Source: Hyaloraphidium curvatum SAG 235-1
Taxonomy: Eukaryota > Fungi > Monoblepharomycota
Direction of reading: 5' to 3'
DNA length: 64,000 bases
NCBI GenBank assembly: GCA_025558095.1
Contig: JAIVFI010000016.1
Span: 620,001-684,000 of the forward strand
In this document: positions 36,057 through 47,187 of the stretch, one piece after another
Layout: every line of letters starts with the position of its first letter
Position numbering within the stretch: position 1 is the first letter of the stretch
The notes under the pieces: generated by a model
The model's input: the letters and a program-made list of their open reading frames with translations, nothing else
Database searches by the model: none
What the model was told of the DNA's origin: nothing
Program-made: the position numbers and the translations under genes

Positions 36057-37400
36057 ATGCCTTCGGATCCGCCGCAGTGGGCCCTGGACAACCTCGCGCA
36101 GCCCCTGCGGCGCGGGGAGTGTCCCACGCTCCGGCTGGACACCGCCGCGGACTTTGGCTGGACGGACGCGGATTTCCGGCCGGACGCGCCGGCGCCGCGG
36201 CTGATCGTCGTCGGCGACGTGCACGCTTGCCTGGGAGAGCTGAAAACGCTGCTCGCCAAAGTCGGTTTCGACCCGGAGGGACGGAAGGATAGGCTCGTGT
36301 CGGTCGGCGACCTCGTGGCCAAAGGACCCTCTTCAAGGGGCGTCGTCGAGCTCCTCCGGAATCTTAATGCCAAGGGTTTCGCCTGGAGCACGCGCGGCAA
36401 TCACGACGACGTCGTGTGTCGATGGGGAGGTGCCCTCTACGCGTCTTCGGAGACCTCGCCAGGGGATTCTGGTGCCGTATCGACATCCGCCGCCGCAAAC
36501 GGGACAGCTGGGTCATCTGGTGGCAAGTCCACATCGGAGCGGAGGCTGGATGAGCTCGTTGCAGGGCTGTCGGTCGGCGAGGGACAGGCCGACGGCCCTC
36601 TCCACGCGTCGCCCGGGTCGGGGCAAGCGGAACATGACGGGCCGCACGTCAACGGGGGGAAGAAGGCCAAGAAGGATAAGAAGGACAAGGATCAGAAGGC
36701 GAAGAAGGCGGATAAGGCAGATGAAGGCCCGAAAGCGGCACCGGTCGGACCGCCCCGGACAGAGACCTTTGCGGTGCTGAAGTTCAACAAGGAACACCAT
36801 AAACTGGCGTTGCTTCCGGAGAAGGCTGAAAAGGGCGATCCGGAACCGCTCGGGCTCGAGCTCCTCGGCTTCCTTGGTTCGCTCCCGCTGGCAATCGAGA
36901 TAGACCTTCCAGGGGGAAGTGCGGCGGGCCAACCGGCCCTTCCGGACGGCTTGTTGCTTACGAACAACAAGATCCTGATCGTGCACGCCGGGGTCGTGCC
37001 TACCGTACCCCTCCAGGCGCAGGATCCAAAGGACCTCATGTACATCCGCAGCATTTTACCGAGGTCCGGCCCCAAGGGCCAAGACCTGGGCTCTGCGGAA
37101 GGCAGCGAGCCGGGTGCTGTACATTGGCTCGAGTTTCTCGCCCGATCGCAGGAATCGGGCATCCTGTGCCCCGAGTTCCTCGACCGGACTATCGTTTTCG
37201 GGCACGACGCGATCAGGGGACTGCAAGATGCCTGCCCGACAGCGCTGGGCCTGGATACGGGCTGCGTTTACGGAAATGGGCTTACTTGCGCCGTGTGGGA
37301 ATGGAGCGGCGGGGCGGACGGTGCCCGCGGCCAGTGGGGCATCCGGATCGAGCGGGTGGAGAGCGAAAAGGTCTGGAGCATTCCCAAAGGTGCCGACTAG
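36057..37400 (+). CDS. ApaH-like metallophosphoesterase (Ppn2/Ap4A hydrolase-like), intronless
   Basis: VGDVHAC, GDLVAKGP, RGNHD, VHAG, FGHDA, GLDTGCVYG. Confidence 0.92.
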   Translation: MPSDPPQWALDNLAQPLRRGECPTLRLDTAADFGWTDADFRPDAPAPRLIVVGDVHACLGELKTLLAKVGFDPEGRKDRLVSVGDLVAKGPSSRGVVELLRNLNAKGFAWSTRGNHDDVVCRWGGALYASSETSPGDSGAVSTSAAANGTAGSSGGKSTSERRLDELVAGLSVGEGQADGPLHASPGSGQAEHDGPHVNGGKKAKKDKKDKDQKAKKADKADEGPKAAPVGPPRTETFAVLKFNKEHHKLALLPEKAEKGDPEPLGLELLGFLGSLPLAIEIDLPGGSAAGQPALPDGLLLTNNKILIVHAGVVPTVPLQAQDPKDLMYIRSILPRSGPKGQDLGSAEGSEPGAVHWLEFLARSQESGILCPEFLDRTIVFGHDAIRGLQDACPTALGLDTGCVYGNGLTCAVWEWSGGADGARGQWGIRIERVESEKVWSIPKGAD

Positions 37401-37509
37401 ATGAATGGTCCAGCCTTCACGTTTCCTCTGCTGGATCGAGTGCGTGCGCATCAGAACTCTCACCTCGGTGACCGTTGCCGCGACGCTCTTTTGTTTACGC
37501 CACTCCCAG

Positions 37510-39717
37510 ATGCCCAGCCCGGCGGGATGGGCTGCGTTCGGGCGGTCTGTCCCTCTTCTGCGCGTTCATTTGGCCATCATGCCGTTGGTGTTTGCCCTGC
37601 CGGCGGGCGCGGCGCGTTCTGCTGCGTCCGCGGGGTCGACCCAGGACCGGAGGCGGGCGGCGACGCCGCGGGCGCGCCGGGAAGGAACGGTGCCGCCCCG
37701 CCGAGAAAAGGATCCGAAGCGCAGGCTGAACAACTCGCTGAAGCGCGCGTTCGATGCCCCGGAGGGAGGAAAGCCCGCGCTGGACGTGTGGATGGCCTAC
37801 GAGGGGATCGAGGACACGTCCATCCTGAAGTCGCAGCGCCTGTGGAGCGTCGCGACCACGGTCTCGCGGCACGCGCTGGAAGAGAAAAAGGCGCTCCGCG
37901 AACTCCCGCCCGACGAGGAGCCGCAGCGGCGGGAGGAGAACCTGCGCGACCTGGAGGTGCTCGCAGGACGGTTGCGTTGGATCATCGAGGACGCCGCGTC
38001 GCGGAGCCTTGCTGTGCCGGAGAAAGTGATTGGATGGCTTTTCCAAGCAAGCGAGCCTAAGCTCGAGTGGGTGCTTTTGCCGCGTTCGATGGGCGGGGAG
38101 CTGACATGGTCCGGCAGCAACTACGCCGCTTGTGCCGACCTCGTGTCGTTCCTCCGCAAGCGCAAGCTAGGCTTGACATCGCGGGCAGCAATGCCCATGT
38201 TATCCAGACTCGCTCTCACGGGCAACTACACGGCCTTCCTCTCCGCGCTCCGTCTGTGTTCTGAATCGGCGGATCCCTTCCAACCGGATGCCAGCCTTCT
38301 GGCCTGTTTCTTGGTCGCCGTCGGACATGCGCGCTCGGAAAGCTCTGAATCGCTGCCCGGATACCCGACTGGCGTCGGATTCGTTTCCGACCTGAGGCTT
38401 CCCTTTTGGATGGACGATCAGAACACTCGGCGTCTGTTTGGAACTCGTGCCCCGCACGATGATGTCGATCCTTTGGAGCTCGAAAGCGATCCCTATGAGT
38501 CATTGCGATCTTTTCTTTCTGAAGATTCCGTCGTCGAATTCGCGGAACTCTTTGCTCCCGATCAACTGACGGGAGCAAACACGCCCGTCCAGAAGACCCT
38601 GGCTTTGGTTGCTTTTGCTATCCGTTGCCACGAAGCGGATCCATCGTCGAGCTTTATGGATGAACGGATCCTCCGGGCAGCTGTGGAGGTTCTCCTCCGG
38701 AACAAGCACCCTCGCCTTGCGGTGTCGCTCCTCCAGCTCCTCACCGAACCTCCCTTCAATCTCGGCGTGCCTCCCGAGGCGATGTTGCTGCTGATTCAGG
38801 ACGCCGGTCGCTCGCGGGACTTGCCGAGATTGGAGCTTCTCCATCAGGAGCTTGTCAGGATGACGAAAGGCAAGCTGACGGGGCACCAGCTGCGCCAGCT
38901 CATCACCCAGTACCGTTTCCTCGACGAGAACGAGGTCGCTCTCGCGCTACTTGAATCACTGAATGCCAAGCAGGGAGGCAAGAGCAGTTTCGCTGACAGC
39001 CTGTTTGCCGAATCCGCCTTCCGAACCGCTGCTGGGGAACGGCCCGTGCGGGAGGTCCTCGATGAGCTCGACGAGTTCGGGATCAGCCTCAACGACACGG
39101 GCCTCATAAAAGGACTGACGGCGCTGCGCGACAATGGCGACATCGAGGGCCTGAAGGCCTTGTGGGCGGAGAACCCGAACCTGCACTCGAACGAGACTGC
39201 GGTCAGCATCATGGCCAGCGCATTCGCAAACGCTGGCCAGCTGGACGCCGTAATCAACGTCATCCGGGCGCTGCCGAAGGAGCTCAGAAGCTCGGCGCCG
39301 GTGTGGGGTATCGTCATCAGGGCTTTGAATCAGCGTTTGGGCGAGCGCGAACAGCCCGAACCCGACTCGGAGGCGCTGCTGACGGAACTTTGCCTGTGCG
39401 TCCTCCAGCAGCGAACATTGGACAAGGCGAGGCTGCCGGAAACGGTTCCGTCCTCGTTCCCCCTGCTCGGAGTCCGGGCGCCCCTGCCTGGCACCGGCGT
39501 TCTGCTGAACATTGGCCACGTTGCCGCAGACAGGGATCGCGGCGAGCACGGGGCCGCGCTCGTGCAAGAACTTCGGTCTTTCTTTGCGCGCAGCGGTCGG
39601 CCGGACGCGGAGGCCATGAGCACCAAGGACATGCTGGGTCATTTCGTCATCCTGCGGCGAAGGTCGCGTTACTCCGAGGACGCGAGGCCACGTGATGCGG
39701 ATGCCGATGCCACGTAG
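37510..39717 (+). CDS. Alpha-helical repeat (PPR-like) protein, possibly mitochondrial
   Basis: Long ORF with PPR-like units (IMASAFANAGQLDAVINVI; VWGIVIRAL) and a basic N-terminus. Confidence 0.65.
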   Translation: MPSPAGWAAFGRSVPLLRVHLAIMPLVFALPAGAARSAASAGSTQDRRRAATPRARREGTVPPRREKDPKRRLNNSLKRAFDAPEGGKPALDVWMAYEGIEDTSILKSQRLWSVATTVSRHALEEKKALRELPPDEEPQRREENLRDLEVLAGRLRWIIEDAASRSLAVPEKVIGWLFQASEPKLEWVLLPRSMGGELTWSGSNYAACADLVSFLRKRKLGLTSRAAMPMLSRLALTGNYTAFLSALRLCSESADPFQPDASLLACFLVAVGHARSESSESLPGYPTGVGFVSDLRLPFWMDDQNTRRLFGTRAPHDDVDPLELESDPYESLRSFLSEDSVVEFAELFAPDQLTGANTPVQKTLALVAFAIRCHEADPSSSFMDERILRAAVEVLLRNKHPRLAVSLLQLLTEPPFNLGVPPEAMLLLIQDAGRSRDLPRLELLHQELVRMTKGKLTGHQLRQLITQYRFLDENEVALALLESLNAKQGGKSSFADSLFAESAFRTAAGERPVREVLDELDEFGISLNDTGLIKGLTALRDNGDIEGLKALWAENPNLHSNETAVSIMASAFANAGQLDAVINVIRALPKELRSSAPVWGIVIRALNQRLGEREQPEPDSEALLTELCLCVLQQRTLDKARLPETVPSSFPLLGVRAPLPGTGVLLNIGHVAADRDRGEHGAALVQELRSFFARSGRPDAEAMSTKDMLGHFVILRRRSRYSEDARPRDADADAT

Positions 39718-39884
39718 AATGTGAAGCATCGACTAATTCTAATGCGCTTTGCAGCGCGATCCTTTACCTAGCTTCTGTCCGGGGGACGATTGGGATTCTC
39801 GAGTGTGACTCCTCCGAGGGTCCCAAAACGCGAGACTTCGGCGCCACCAACCTGGGCGCCGGGGCTCCTGGGCCGTCCGGAATC

Positions 39885-41598
39885 ATGGATTTCCTGAAGA
39901 ACTACTTCCCGCAGTGGCGCGTCGTGAAGAAGCCGGATCCCAAGGCGCTGCCGTCCTCCACGGACCGCCCGCCGGAGGACTTCATCATTGCGCCCACGGA
40001 ACGCCCGCCAATCCCGACCCTTCTCCTCCTGGGTGCCCAACATGTGCTCTCCATGGTCGGATCTACCGTCTTCGCTCCCCTGCTTATGGGATTCCCGACG
40101 ACGACGGCACTTTTCTTCTCGGGCATCGCGACCCTTGTGTTCTTCCTTTGCGTCGGAGGCCACGTCCCTTCTTACCTGGGATCCAGTTTTGCCTTCATCG
40201 GGCCCATTCTGGCGGTGACGGGCTTCGTCTTCAACCCGGCCGACCCGTCGGCCGTTAACCCTCGGATTTCGGAAGCCCTCGGAGGGATCGTCGTCTGCGG
40301 ACTCGTGTACTTCGCCGTGGGCGTCATCATCGCTCTATCGCGTTCGGTCGAATGGATCGAGTTCATGATGCCGCCGGTCGTGACGGGCGCCGTCGTCATG
40401 GCGATTGGGCTCAATCTCGCTCCCGCGGCGATCGGCCAGGCCACAGCGTCGGGCTTCGACTCCTGGATCGCTTTTGGGGTCGTCTTGATGACGGTGATCT
40501 GCGCATCTTGGGGCATAGGCATCATGAAGCGGATTCCGATCCTCATCGGCGGCATCCTGGGCTACATTGTGTACCTCGTCTGCGGCGTCTGCGGCGTCGG
40601 GCCTGGGATCAACTGGACGGGCGTGAACGAAGCTGCTTGGATTGGAGCTCCGCCGTTCCACTTTCCGGTGTTTACTGCTGCGGCCATTTCTTCCATCACG
40701 CCCGTCGTCATTGTCCTGATTGCCGAGAACCTGGGACATGTGGGTCCTGACTTGGTTTGTCGGGCGCTCGGTAACCATAACGGCTTTTTCGACAGGTCAA
40801 GGCCGTTTCTGCCATGACGGGCACCAATCTCGACCCCTACATAGGTCGCGCCTTTATCGGAGATGCTGTTGGAACGATCATATCGGGGTCTTGTGGTGGA
40901 ACAGGCACTACTACGTGGGTTTGCTCCACCAGCTCGCAAGATAGTGCTATCTGACGCGTTACGTGGCCAGCTATGCGGAGAACATCGGCGTCATGGGCGC
41001 CAGCAAGGTCTACTCGACCTTGCTTTTCGTCGTCGCGGCATTTGTCGCGATCTTCCTGGCCCTCTTCCCCAAGTTCGGCGCCGTGATCCAATCATTCCCG
41101 CCCGGCGTCCTCGGCGGCCTAACCATCGTGCTTTTCGGCTTGATTGCAGCTCTGGGCGGAAGGATCTGGGTTCAGCACGGCGTGGACTTTATTCACAACC
41201 GCAACCTGATGTCTGCGGGAGTGCCAGTGCTGCTGGGGGCCGGCATGGTGAACGGGGTCGCCATCCACTGGGGTCCTGTCATCCTTGACGGCATCGGAAC
41301 CTCGACCATTGCGGCCATCGGGCTTTGGCAGCTCCTGCGCCCTCCGTCCGAATGGCTCCGCCTCTTCAGGGAAAAGGGATATTGGCGCCGAGAGATCGAA
41401 GCAGCGCGGGAAGGAGGCGTCAGCGTCCCGAGGGAGGGCGAGGAGAGCGGGAAGGACGGCGCGAGATGGAGGGAGGACTTGAGCTTCGCCAAGCCGCAGC
41501 CGCAAGGCGTCACGACCGTCGAAGTTCAGCAACAGCTAGCGATGGCCGACTTGGCTCGAGCCGATCCGTTGTCGGGTGGCGGACTGGGAAGGGTATAG
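39885..41598 (+). CDS. NCS2/NAT pyrimidine permease, RutG/UraA-like (2 introns)
   Basis: QH motif, PSYLGSSFAF, MPPVVTGAVVMAIGLNLAP, AENLGH, TTYAENIGVM...KVYST. Confidence 0.93.
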
Positions 41599-41619
41599 AG
41601 ATCCTCAAGCCTTGGGTCT

Positions 41620-42424
41620 CTATTCCCATCGGCCTGTACGTAATCGGCGCTCAAAAGCGTCTTCTAGCTGGCGGATGAATCCGTAATTGGGCTCCACCTC
41701 GGGCCGATGAACCCTGGAGGCCGTGTGAAACATCAATTCGGCAACCACAATGCTCACAGCTTATGCTCCGCTTACCGCAGGAACCCCAACGCCGTGGGGA
41801 CAGGCGGCACGTCAAACTTCCGCGAGATGTAGTAGCACGCCAAGGTCGAGCTCCGAGAAATGCCGGCGAAGCAGTGGACGAGCACCTTTCCTCCTGCCTT
41901 CCGTGCCGAATCTATGAAGCGGAAAGCTTCGGAGAAATGCCGCTGAATGTCCTCGTACTCGACATCCTCCAGTGGCAGATAAAGATACTCAAAGTCTTGC
42001 GGATGCGCCGGGTCGCAGAACTCGACTGCCGTGAGGATGTGGGTGATGCCCAACTCCTTCAGAACGTCTTTTTCGTGAGCAGCATGGATATCGCCAATGT
42101 AGAGCCCCGAGATTATACGGTCGAGGTTGCGGCGTCTCTCCAGGAAGGTTTGGGCTCGCGGGGAGAGATTCAAGGGGGGGGCCTCAATGTCCACGGCCGG
42201 ATCCAGCACTACCTCCGATCTCGGTGGAGAGGTGGTCAGCGCCGCGTCCTTTTGCGGCTCATCGGGGGGCAGGTCCGAAACAGCGTTCTCGGCAGGTGGC
42301 AGGTCCGAAGCAGCATTCTCCGCGGGCGGCAAGCTCGACGCTTTGGGCGAGCTCGACGAACTCTTCGACCCGGGCAGCAGGTGCCCAAGTAGCGCCTGAA
42401 GACGCCCAAGTGCTTCGCGCAACA
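41620..42424 (-). CDS. Dual-specificity protein phosphatase (intron about 41714-41775)
   Basis: GLYIG, LEDVEYEDI, VHCFAGISRS; last exon RPEVEPNYGFIRQL. Confidence 0.92.
42268..42332 (-). repeat. 30-bp coding tandem repeat (about 2.3 copies, SDLPPAENAx) in the DSP N-terminus
   Basis: ggcaggtccgaaacagcgttctcggcaggt / ggcaggtccgaagcagcattctccgcgggc. Confidence 0.75.
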
Positions 42425-42728
42425 TCGGGGAACTTTGGAGGAGGGGGATCGTGAAGCGGAGGAGAACACGCTTCGGCACGACGCGGGTGCCACGCCCAGA
42501 ACGAATCGCGGTCAACTCGCGTCGCCGAAGCGCAGATAGGTTTTCAGCGACGGGATAGAGCGACAAAAGCAGGTCGAAAAGGTGCTTCACGCCAGGACCG
42601 TGGAGCGTCTCCCGCGTAGGACGACCCAAGGCGTATATCGTCAGCAGTCCCGGAAATGCAACGTATAGACCGAACAACAAGATCGAGACAAGGATGTAGC
42701 ATTCGCCAGTGCCAATCAATAGCAGTCA

Positions 42729-45686
42729 CTACACTTCGTTGCCCGGTCTCGTAGATCGCGGGAGGCGAGCTTGGCGGACCATCCCTTCCCACGGGACTCC
42801 CTGCGCCTTCAGCAGCTCCTCCAGCATCGTCACCGCGACCCGGGAAGCATCCAGCAAGGCCTTGAGCTCGGGCTTATCGAGGGCGGCAATAGCGTCGGCA
42901 ACCTTCCTGTGCTCGGACAACAGCTCCCGAAGCTTGTCGCAACGCCTTGACCTCTCCTGGGCGTCCACGATGCCCGCCGGCGCCCAAGTGTAGTCCTTCC
43001 GTACCATGCCCAACAGAACGAAGTTGTGATCCCGCCACCTCTGTTCGTACAGCCGACCAGTTCGGAGCGACGTGTACAGCCGGCGTCGTCGGTCTGCCGC
43101 ACGGAACAGATTCACCACAGCTTCCTCGGCGACCTTGGCGCCAGCGATAACGGCAACTTGTCTCTTCCGTGCCTCGGCAGGATCCTCCCCAGGCGGTGCC
43201 GTCGACGTGCGAAGCCGTTCCCGCAAGACAGAGTCCTTGTGAATCGTCCTTTGAGACTGCCCACCACCCGCGACCACGCTCTGAGCCCGTTCCAAGACAG
43301 CCTTAGCCAAAGAGTCGACAAAGAGCTCCGCCTTCTTGCGAACTTCGGACAGCTCGGGCGCCCCGACGGGCTCGCTTGGCGGGTTTGCATCGGGCAGCAG
43401 CGCTCCCGTCGCGACCGCCCGGTCGCGGAGCACCCGGCCGACCATGCCCGCAAACATGCTCGCCCTTTCACGAACCTGAACCCCGTGCTCCATGTCCCGC
43501 GCCATGGCGCCCGCCTTCTGCATGAGCTTCAATGCCAGAGCCTGGACGAAGAACTGAACGCCGCGCGGCAGCGCTCGGCGCGAAGCCGTGCGTCGCGCCG
43601 CGTCTGGGGATTCAACCGAGGATGCCGGTGCAGCTTCTGGCTGGGCTTGATTAACGGAGGCAGGTTCTCGCAAAACGGATAGAGTGAAAGTGTCCAGCTC
43701 GGAGGCCGCGGCCTGGGAAGAACGACGCCGGTCTTCCTTCCGCAGCACCTCTCCCTTGGGCGGTGCATGCGCGGGCGAAGCAGCGGCTGTCCGCGGAACG
43801 GTGACGTTGGCGAGGAATGCCGTCACGAGCTTGTCCGCATCGGCCGCCGAAGCCCTTGCCTCGGCCCCAGGAGACCTTCGAGCCCGGATCTTTGGCTCCG
43901 TACGCAGAGCATCAGCAATCCTCCCCACTTGCTCGGCCCGGAGCGGCATGGTGCTCAGAACGGAGTCCAGCAGGTCGTCGGGGTTCTCCGATTTCGACTG
44001 CGGCTTCGGGATCCTGACGGTGCGCAAGGCCGATGCCCGCGCGAGGTCGACACCACGACGATCGACCCTCGCACCTGCCGAGTGGGCCCGGCGGGGCGGC
44101 GGCGGCACATATCGGTCGAGCGCTTCGGCAAACTCCTCCTGTTCCTGCATCGCGGCAACGCCAGCTTCCTCAGTGGTCCCAGGAACGGTGGGAGGCGGCA
44201 GATGCCGGCTCAGAAGAGCCTGCACGAAAAGGTCTGCGTGGCGCGACGCCGCGGCACCGTTGGCCTTTGCTCCGGATGCACGATCCTTAGTAGGAGCAGC
44301 CGCGCGGTTCCGTCTCCGTCCAAGTGTTTCGCTGTCGACGCCGACCGCGTGAGCGACTTCGTCGGCGAGAGCAACGTCCCCAGCGACCCGCGCAGACCGC
44401 TTCCTGCTCCGACCCGCCTGCTTGTCCGGGGTCGCACCGGTCGCGGGCCGGTTCCTGCTCTGAACCGACAACTTGTCACCAACCGCGCCCAGGGTGGAGC
44501 TGAGCCATCCGACCGAGTCCGCGGCCTTCGCGGACGCCGACTGGCGCGGTGCCGGCTTCGACGCCGATTCAGACAGTGCCGAGAGAATTTCGCTCATCCA
44601 AGCGACCGGTGGACGTTTGTGCGTCTTGACCGCCACGGGTTTTGCCGGCTGGAACGAAGGTTTGCGCAAGAAGCGCGGGTTGATGGGGAGCAGGAGCCGG
44701 CGCCGCAAAGCGGGCCGAGTGGAAGGCCGTTGTGCTGGATCCAGGTAGTCCGATTCGTTGTCCCAGTCCTCTTCCTGCTCCAACGGCGCGACCTGGGCTG
44801 GCTCCGTCTTGGCCTCCAACACTGGTGGGCTGGATACCGGTTCCGCCGCGTCCAGCGGCTCCGCGTTCGTGGTGTAAAGCCAGTTGACGACATCTCCGAG
44901 CGCGTCATCAAGGTTCTTGGCAACTCGACCCTCTTTCGAGACCCGAGTGGGAGTTCCGGCTTCTTTGGCGGTCCCGCCCCGCAGAGTGGCAAGCAACTCG
45001 ATGACCCCCGTGGATCCGGAGGGCGATGCGGTCCTGGCACTTTCGAGCCGGGCGCGACGGCGCTCGCGGTGCGACAATCGAGATTGCGACTGTGCTGCCG
45101 GCCTCCGGGATCGCGGCGAAAGGACGGCGGCAATTTCCGACTCAATCAAGTCGTCCAAAGACATAGACTTCGTTCCTCGAGACGCTTTTCGAGCCGCCGG
45201 CAAAGCAGCTTTCAACGCCGACGAAGTGTCCTTCGGAACCTCACGTGCTTGCGGCGGGAAAGAGGGAACAGGTGGTGGTGCCTTGGCCGCGGCCGTGGAC
45301 GCCTGCACGGAGGCCAGCTGGTTGTTGAGCGCGCTCAGCTCCTCGGCCAGCGACTCGAAATCGGCGAGCATTTCGTCCTCGGGGTCTTCCTCGCCTTCCG
45401 GGCCCACGTTCCGTGCCGGGGGCGCCATTTCGACCTGTCGCGGCGGGCCCGGTGCAGCCCTTCCTTCATCCAGAGGCAACGGCGGGTCCGGGGGCAAAGA
45501 AGGATGTGCGCCACGTCCAGATGTTTCGCCTGGATCCGCGTCCGGAGCTCCCAGAATCCGTGGAGACAGCGAGAACCAACGGCTCGCAGCCCGGGCGCAC
45601 GGCGCGCCAGATGTCCGTGGAACGCCAAGCAACGGGCTCCAGGGCACACGGAGCAACGCCGCGGCCCGCAGGCGTACGAGTTGCAT
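42729..45686 (-). CDS. Large hypothetical protein (985 aa) with a presequence-like N-terminus
   Basis: Intronless ORF; Arg/Ala/Leu-rich N-terminus; recurring short amphipathic motifs (DLFVQALL, QFFVQALA, ELFVDSLA). Confidence 0.7.
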   Translation of the reverse strand: MQLVRLRAAALLRVPWSPLLGVPRTSGAPCARAASRWFSLSPRILGAPDADPGETSGRGAHPSLPPDPPLPLDEGRAAPGPPRQVEMAPPARNVGPEGEEDPEDEMLADFESLAEELSALNNQLASVQASTAAAKAPPPVPSFPPQAREVPKDTSSALKAALPAARKASRGTKSMSLDDLIESEIAAVLSPRSRRPAAQSQSRLSHRERRRARLESARTASPSGSTGVIELLATLRGGTAKEAGTPTRVSKEGRVAKNLDDALGDVVNWLYTTNAEPLDAAEPVSSPPVLEAKTEPAQVAPLEQEEDWDNESDYLDPAQRPSTRPALRRRLLLPINPRFLRKPSFQPAKPVAVKTHKRPPVAWMSEILSALSESASKPAPRQSASAKAADSVGWLSSTLGAVGDKLSVQSRNRPATGATPDKQAGRSRKRSARVAGDVALADEVAHAVGVDSETLGRRRNRAAAPTKDRASGAKANGAAASRHADLFVQALLSRHLPPPTVPGTTEEAGVAAMQEQEEFAEALDRYVPPPPRRAHSAGARVDRRGVDLARASALRTVRIPKPQSKSENPDDLLDSVLSTMPLRAEQVGRIADALRTEPKIRARRSPGAEARASAADADKLVTAFLANVTVPRTAAASPAHAPPKGEVLRKEDRRRSSQAAASELDTFTLSVLREPASVNQAQPEAAPASSVESPDAARRTASRRALPRGVQFFVQALALKLMQKAGAMARDMEHGVQVRERASMFAGMVGRVLRDRAVATGALLPDANPPSEPVGAPELSEVRKKAELFVDSLAKAVLERAQSVVAGGGQSQRTIHKDSVLRERLRTSTAPPGEDPAEARKRQVAVIAGAKVAEEAVVNLFRAADRRRRLYTSLRTGRLYEQRWRDHNFVLLGMVRKDYTWAPAGIVDAQERSRRCDKLRELLSEHRKVADAIAALDKPELKALLDASRVAVTMLEELLKAQGVPWEGMVRQARLPRSTRPGNEV

Positions 45687-45977
45687 CGCTGCCCGCCCGC
45701 CGCGAAGGCCCGCGCGGAACCTCGACCTGCCCGAGTGATCCAGTAAACAAAGCGTAGCGACCTAAGCGCCGAATTTCTTCTGGTATCGTTCGACCCCCCG
45801 AAACCAGGGTTCGACGCCCCTAAAACTCACCAGCCTGTACAAGCCCAGCAGCATCGTCTGATCCTCTCGAAGCACTCCCCTTGGAAACGTGCGCCTTTGC
45901 CTCGTTTCCCCTCCCATTCCTCCGTTACTCCCTTTTCTGAAGCGCCATCGCGTAGCGGCGGCGCCCGGACCGCCGCG

Positions 45978-47161
45978 ATGCCCTCCCTCGTCAACATGCT
46001 CTTCTACGGCCCGCTCTTCCTCTTCGGCCTCATCTCGCTCATCTCGTACATGATTTCGGCCGCTTACTACTGGCTCTTTTGCCGGACGGAGCGCGACCTG
46101 AAGAAGGCCTACAACGCGGAATGGGCCCTCGTCACCGGTTCGTCTTCCCCGGTCCCACCCGACCTCGGAGCGCTCACGTTCCGGCAGGCGGCTCGTCGGG
46201 CATCGGCCTCTCCATGGCCAAGCGGCTCGCAAAGCAGGGGATCAACGTCGTCGTGGCGGCGCTGGACGACAAGCACCTGGCCTCCGCGACGGAGCAGCTG
46301 AGGAAGGAGTTCCCCGGCGTTGAGGTGCGGAGCGTGGGGGTGGACCTCGGGAAGGAGGGGAGGGAGTACATGGACAGGATCGAGGAGGCGTGCAAGGGGA
46401 TCGAGGTGCAGCTCGTGTTTTCCAACGCCGGTGGGTGGATCAGTGCCGGAGCCGGACTTTCAGCAGCTCAATGTCACTGCTTCCCTTCGCCGACAGGCTT
46501 CGTCAAGCCGGGTCTCTTCTCCCTCCTCCCTTACGAGGTCCTCTTTGCCAACCATACCACCAACATTACCTCCCACCTGGCCGTCGTGCACCACTTCACC
46601 AAGAAGATGATCGCCGCCCGCCGCCGCGGCCTGGTCGTCTTCACCTCCTCTTCGGCCTCCTTCCTGCCCAACCCCCTGGCGAGCATGTACGCTTCGACAA
46701 AGGCATACATGTCGACGTTTGCGGGGTCGATCGCGGCGGAGCTCAGGCCGTTCGGGATCGACGTGACCGTGGTGCACCCGTCCCCCGTGGCGTCCAATTT
46801 CTACGAGAATGCCAAAGGCTTCTCGCTGCTCGAGGTATGTAGCCCGCCCGCCGTTTCCTACGGGCCTTTGTGTGACGTATCCCTCCAGGCACCCAAGGCC
46901 TCGGCCCAGTCCCCCGACGAGCTCGTCTCCACCGTCTTCCGCGCCGCGGGCAAGCTCGTCGTCCTGGACGAGGGCGCCGTGACCGTGGGCATGCGGTTGG
47001 GGCTCAAGATGGCGGACTGGAACCTGGTCACGGAGGCCATGGCCCGCGTGGGAGGGCTGCTGCCGGACTACGTCAAGTTCCGCAAGGCGGGGCTCGAGGC
47101 GAACGGGATCCCGGACGTCAAGGGGCAGTGGTGGATCGACGAGGCCAAGAAGGCCAAGTAG
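45978..47161 (+). CDS. SDR, very-long-chain 3-ketoacyl-CoA reductase/17beta-HSD-like (multi-exon)
   Basis: N-terminal TM, WALVTGGSSGIG, FSNAG, MYASTKA. Confidence 0.9.
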
Positions 47162-47187
47162 ATGTCGATTGCCGGCCCTGTGGCCCG

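Noticed and set aside
42425-42719. TM-containing N-terminal extension of the DSP, or fusion to the upstream 985-aa ORF
   Set aside because: Non-ATG start and lower-GC intergenic character; the upstream ORF has its own stop
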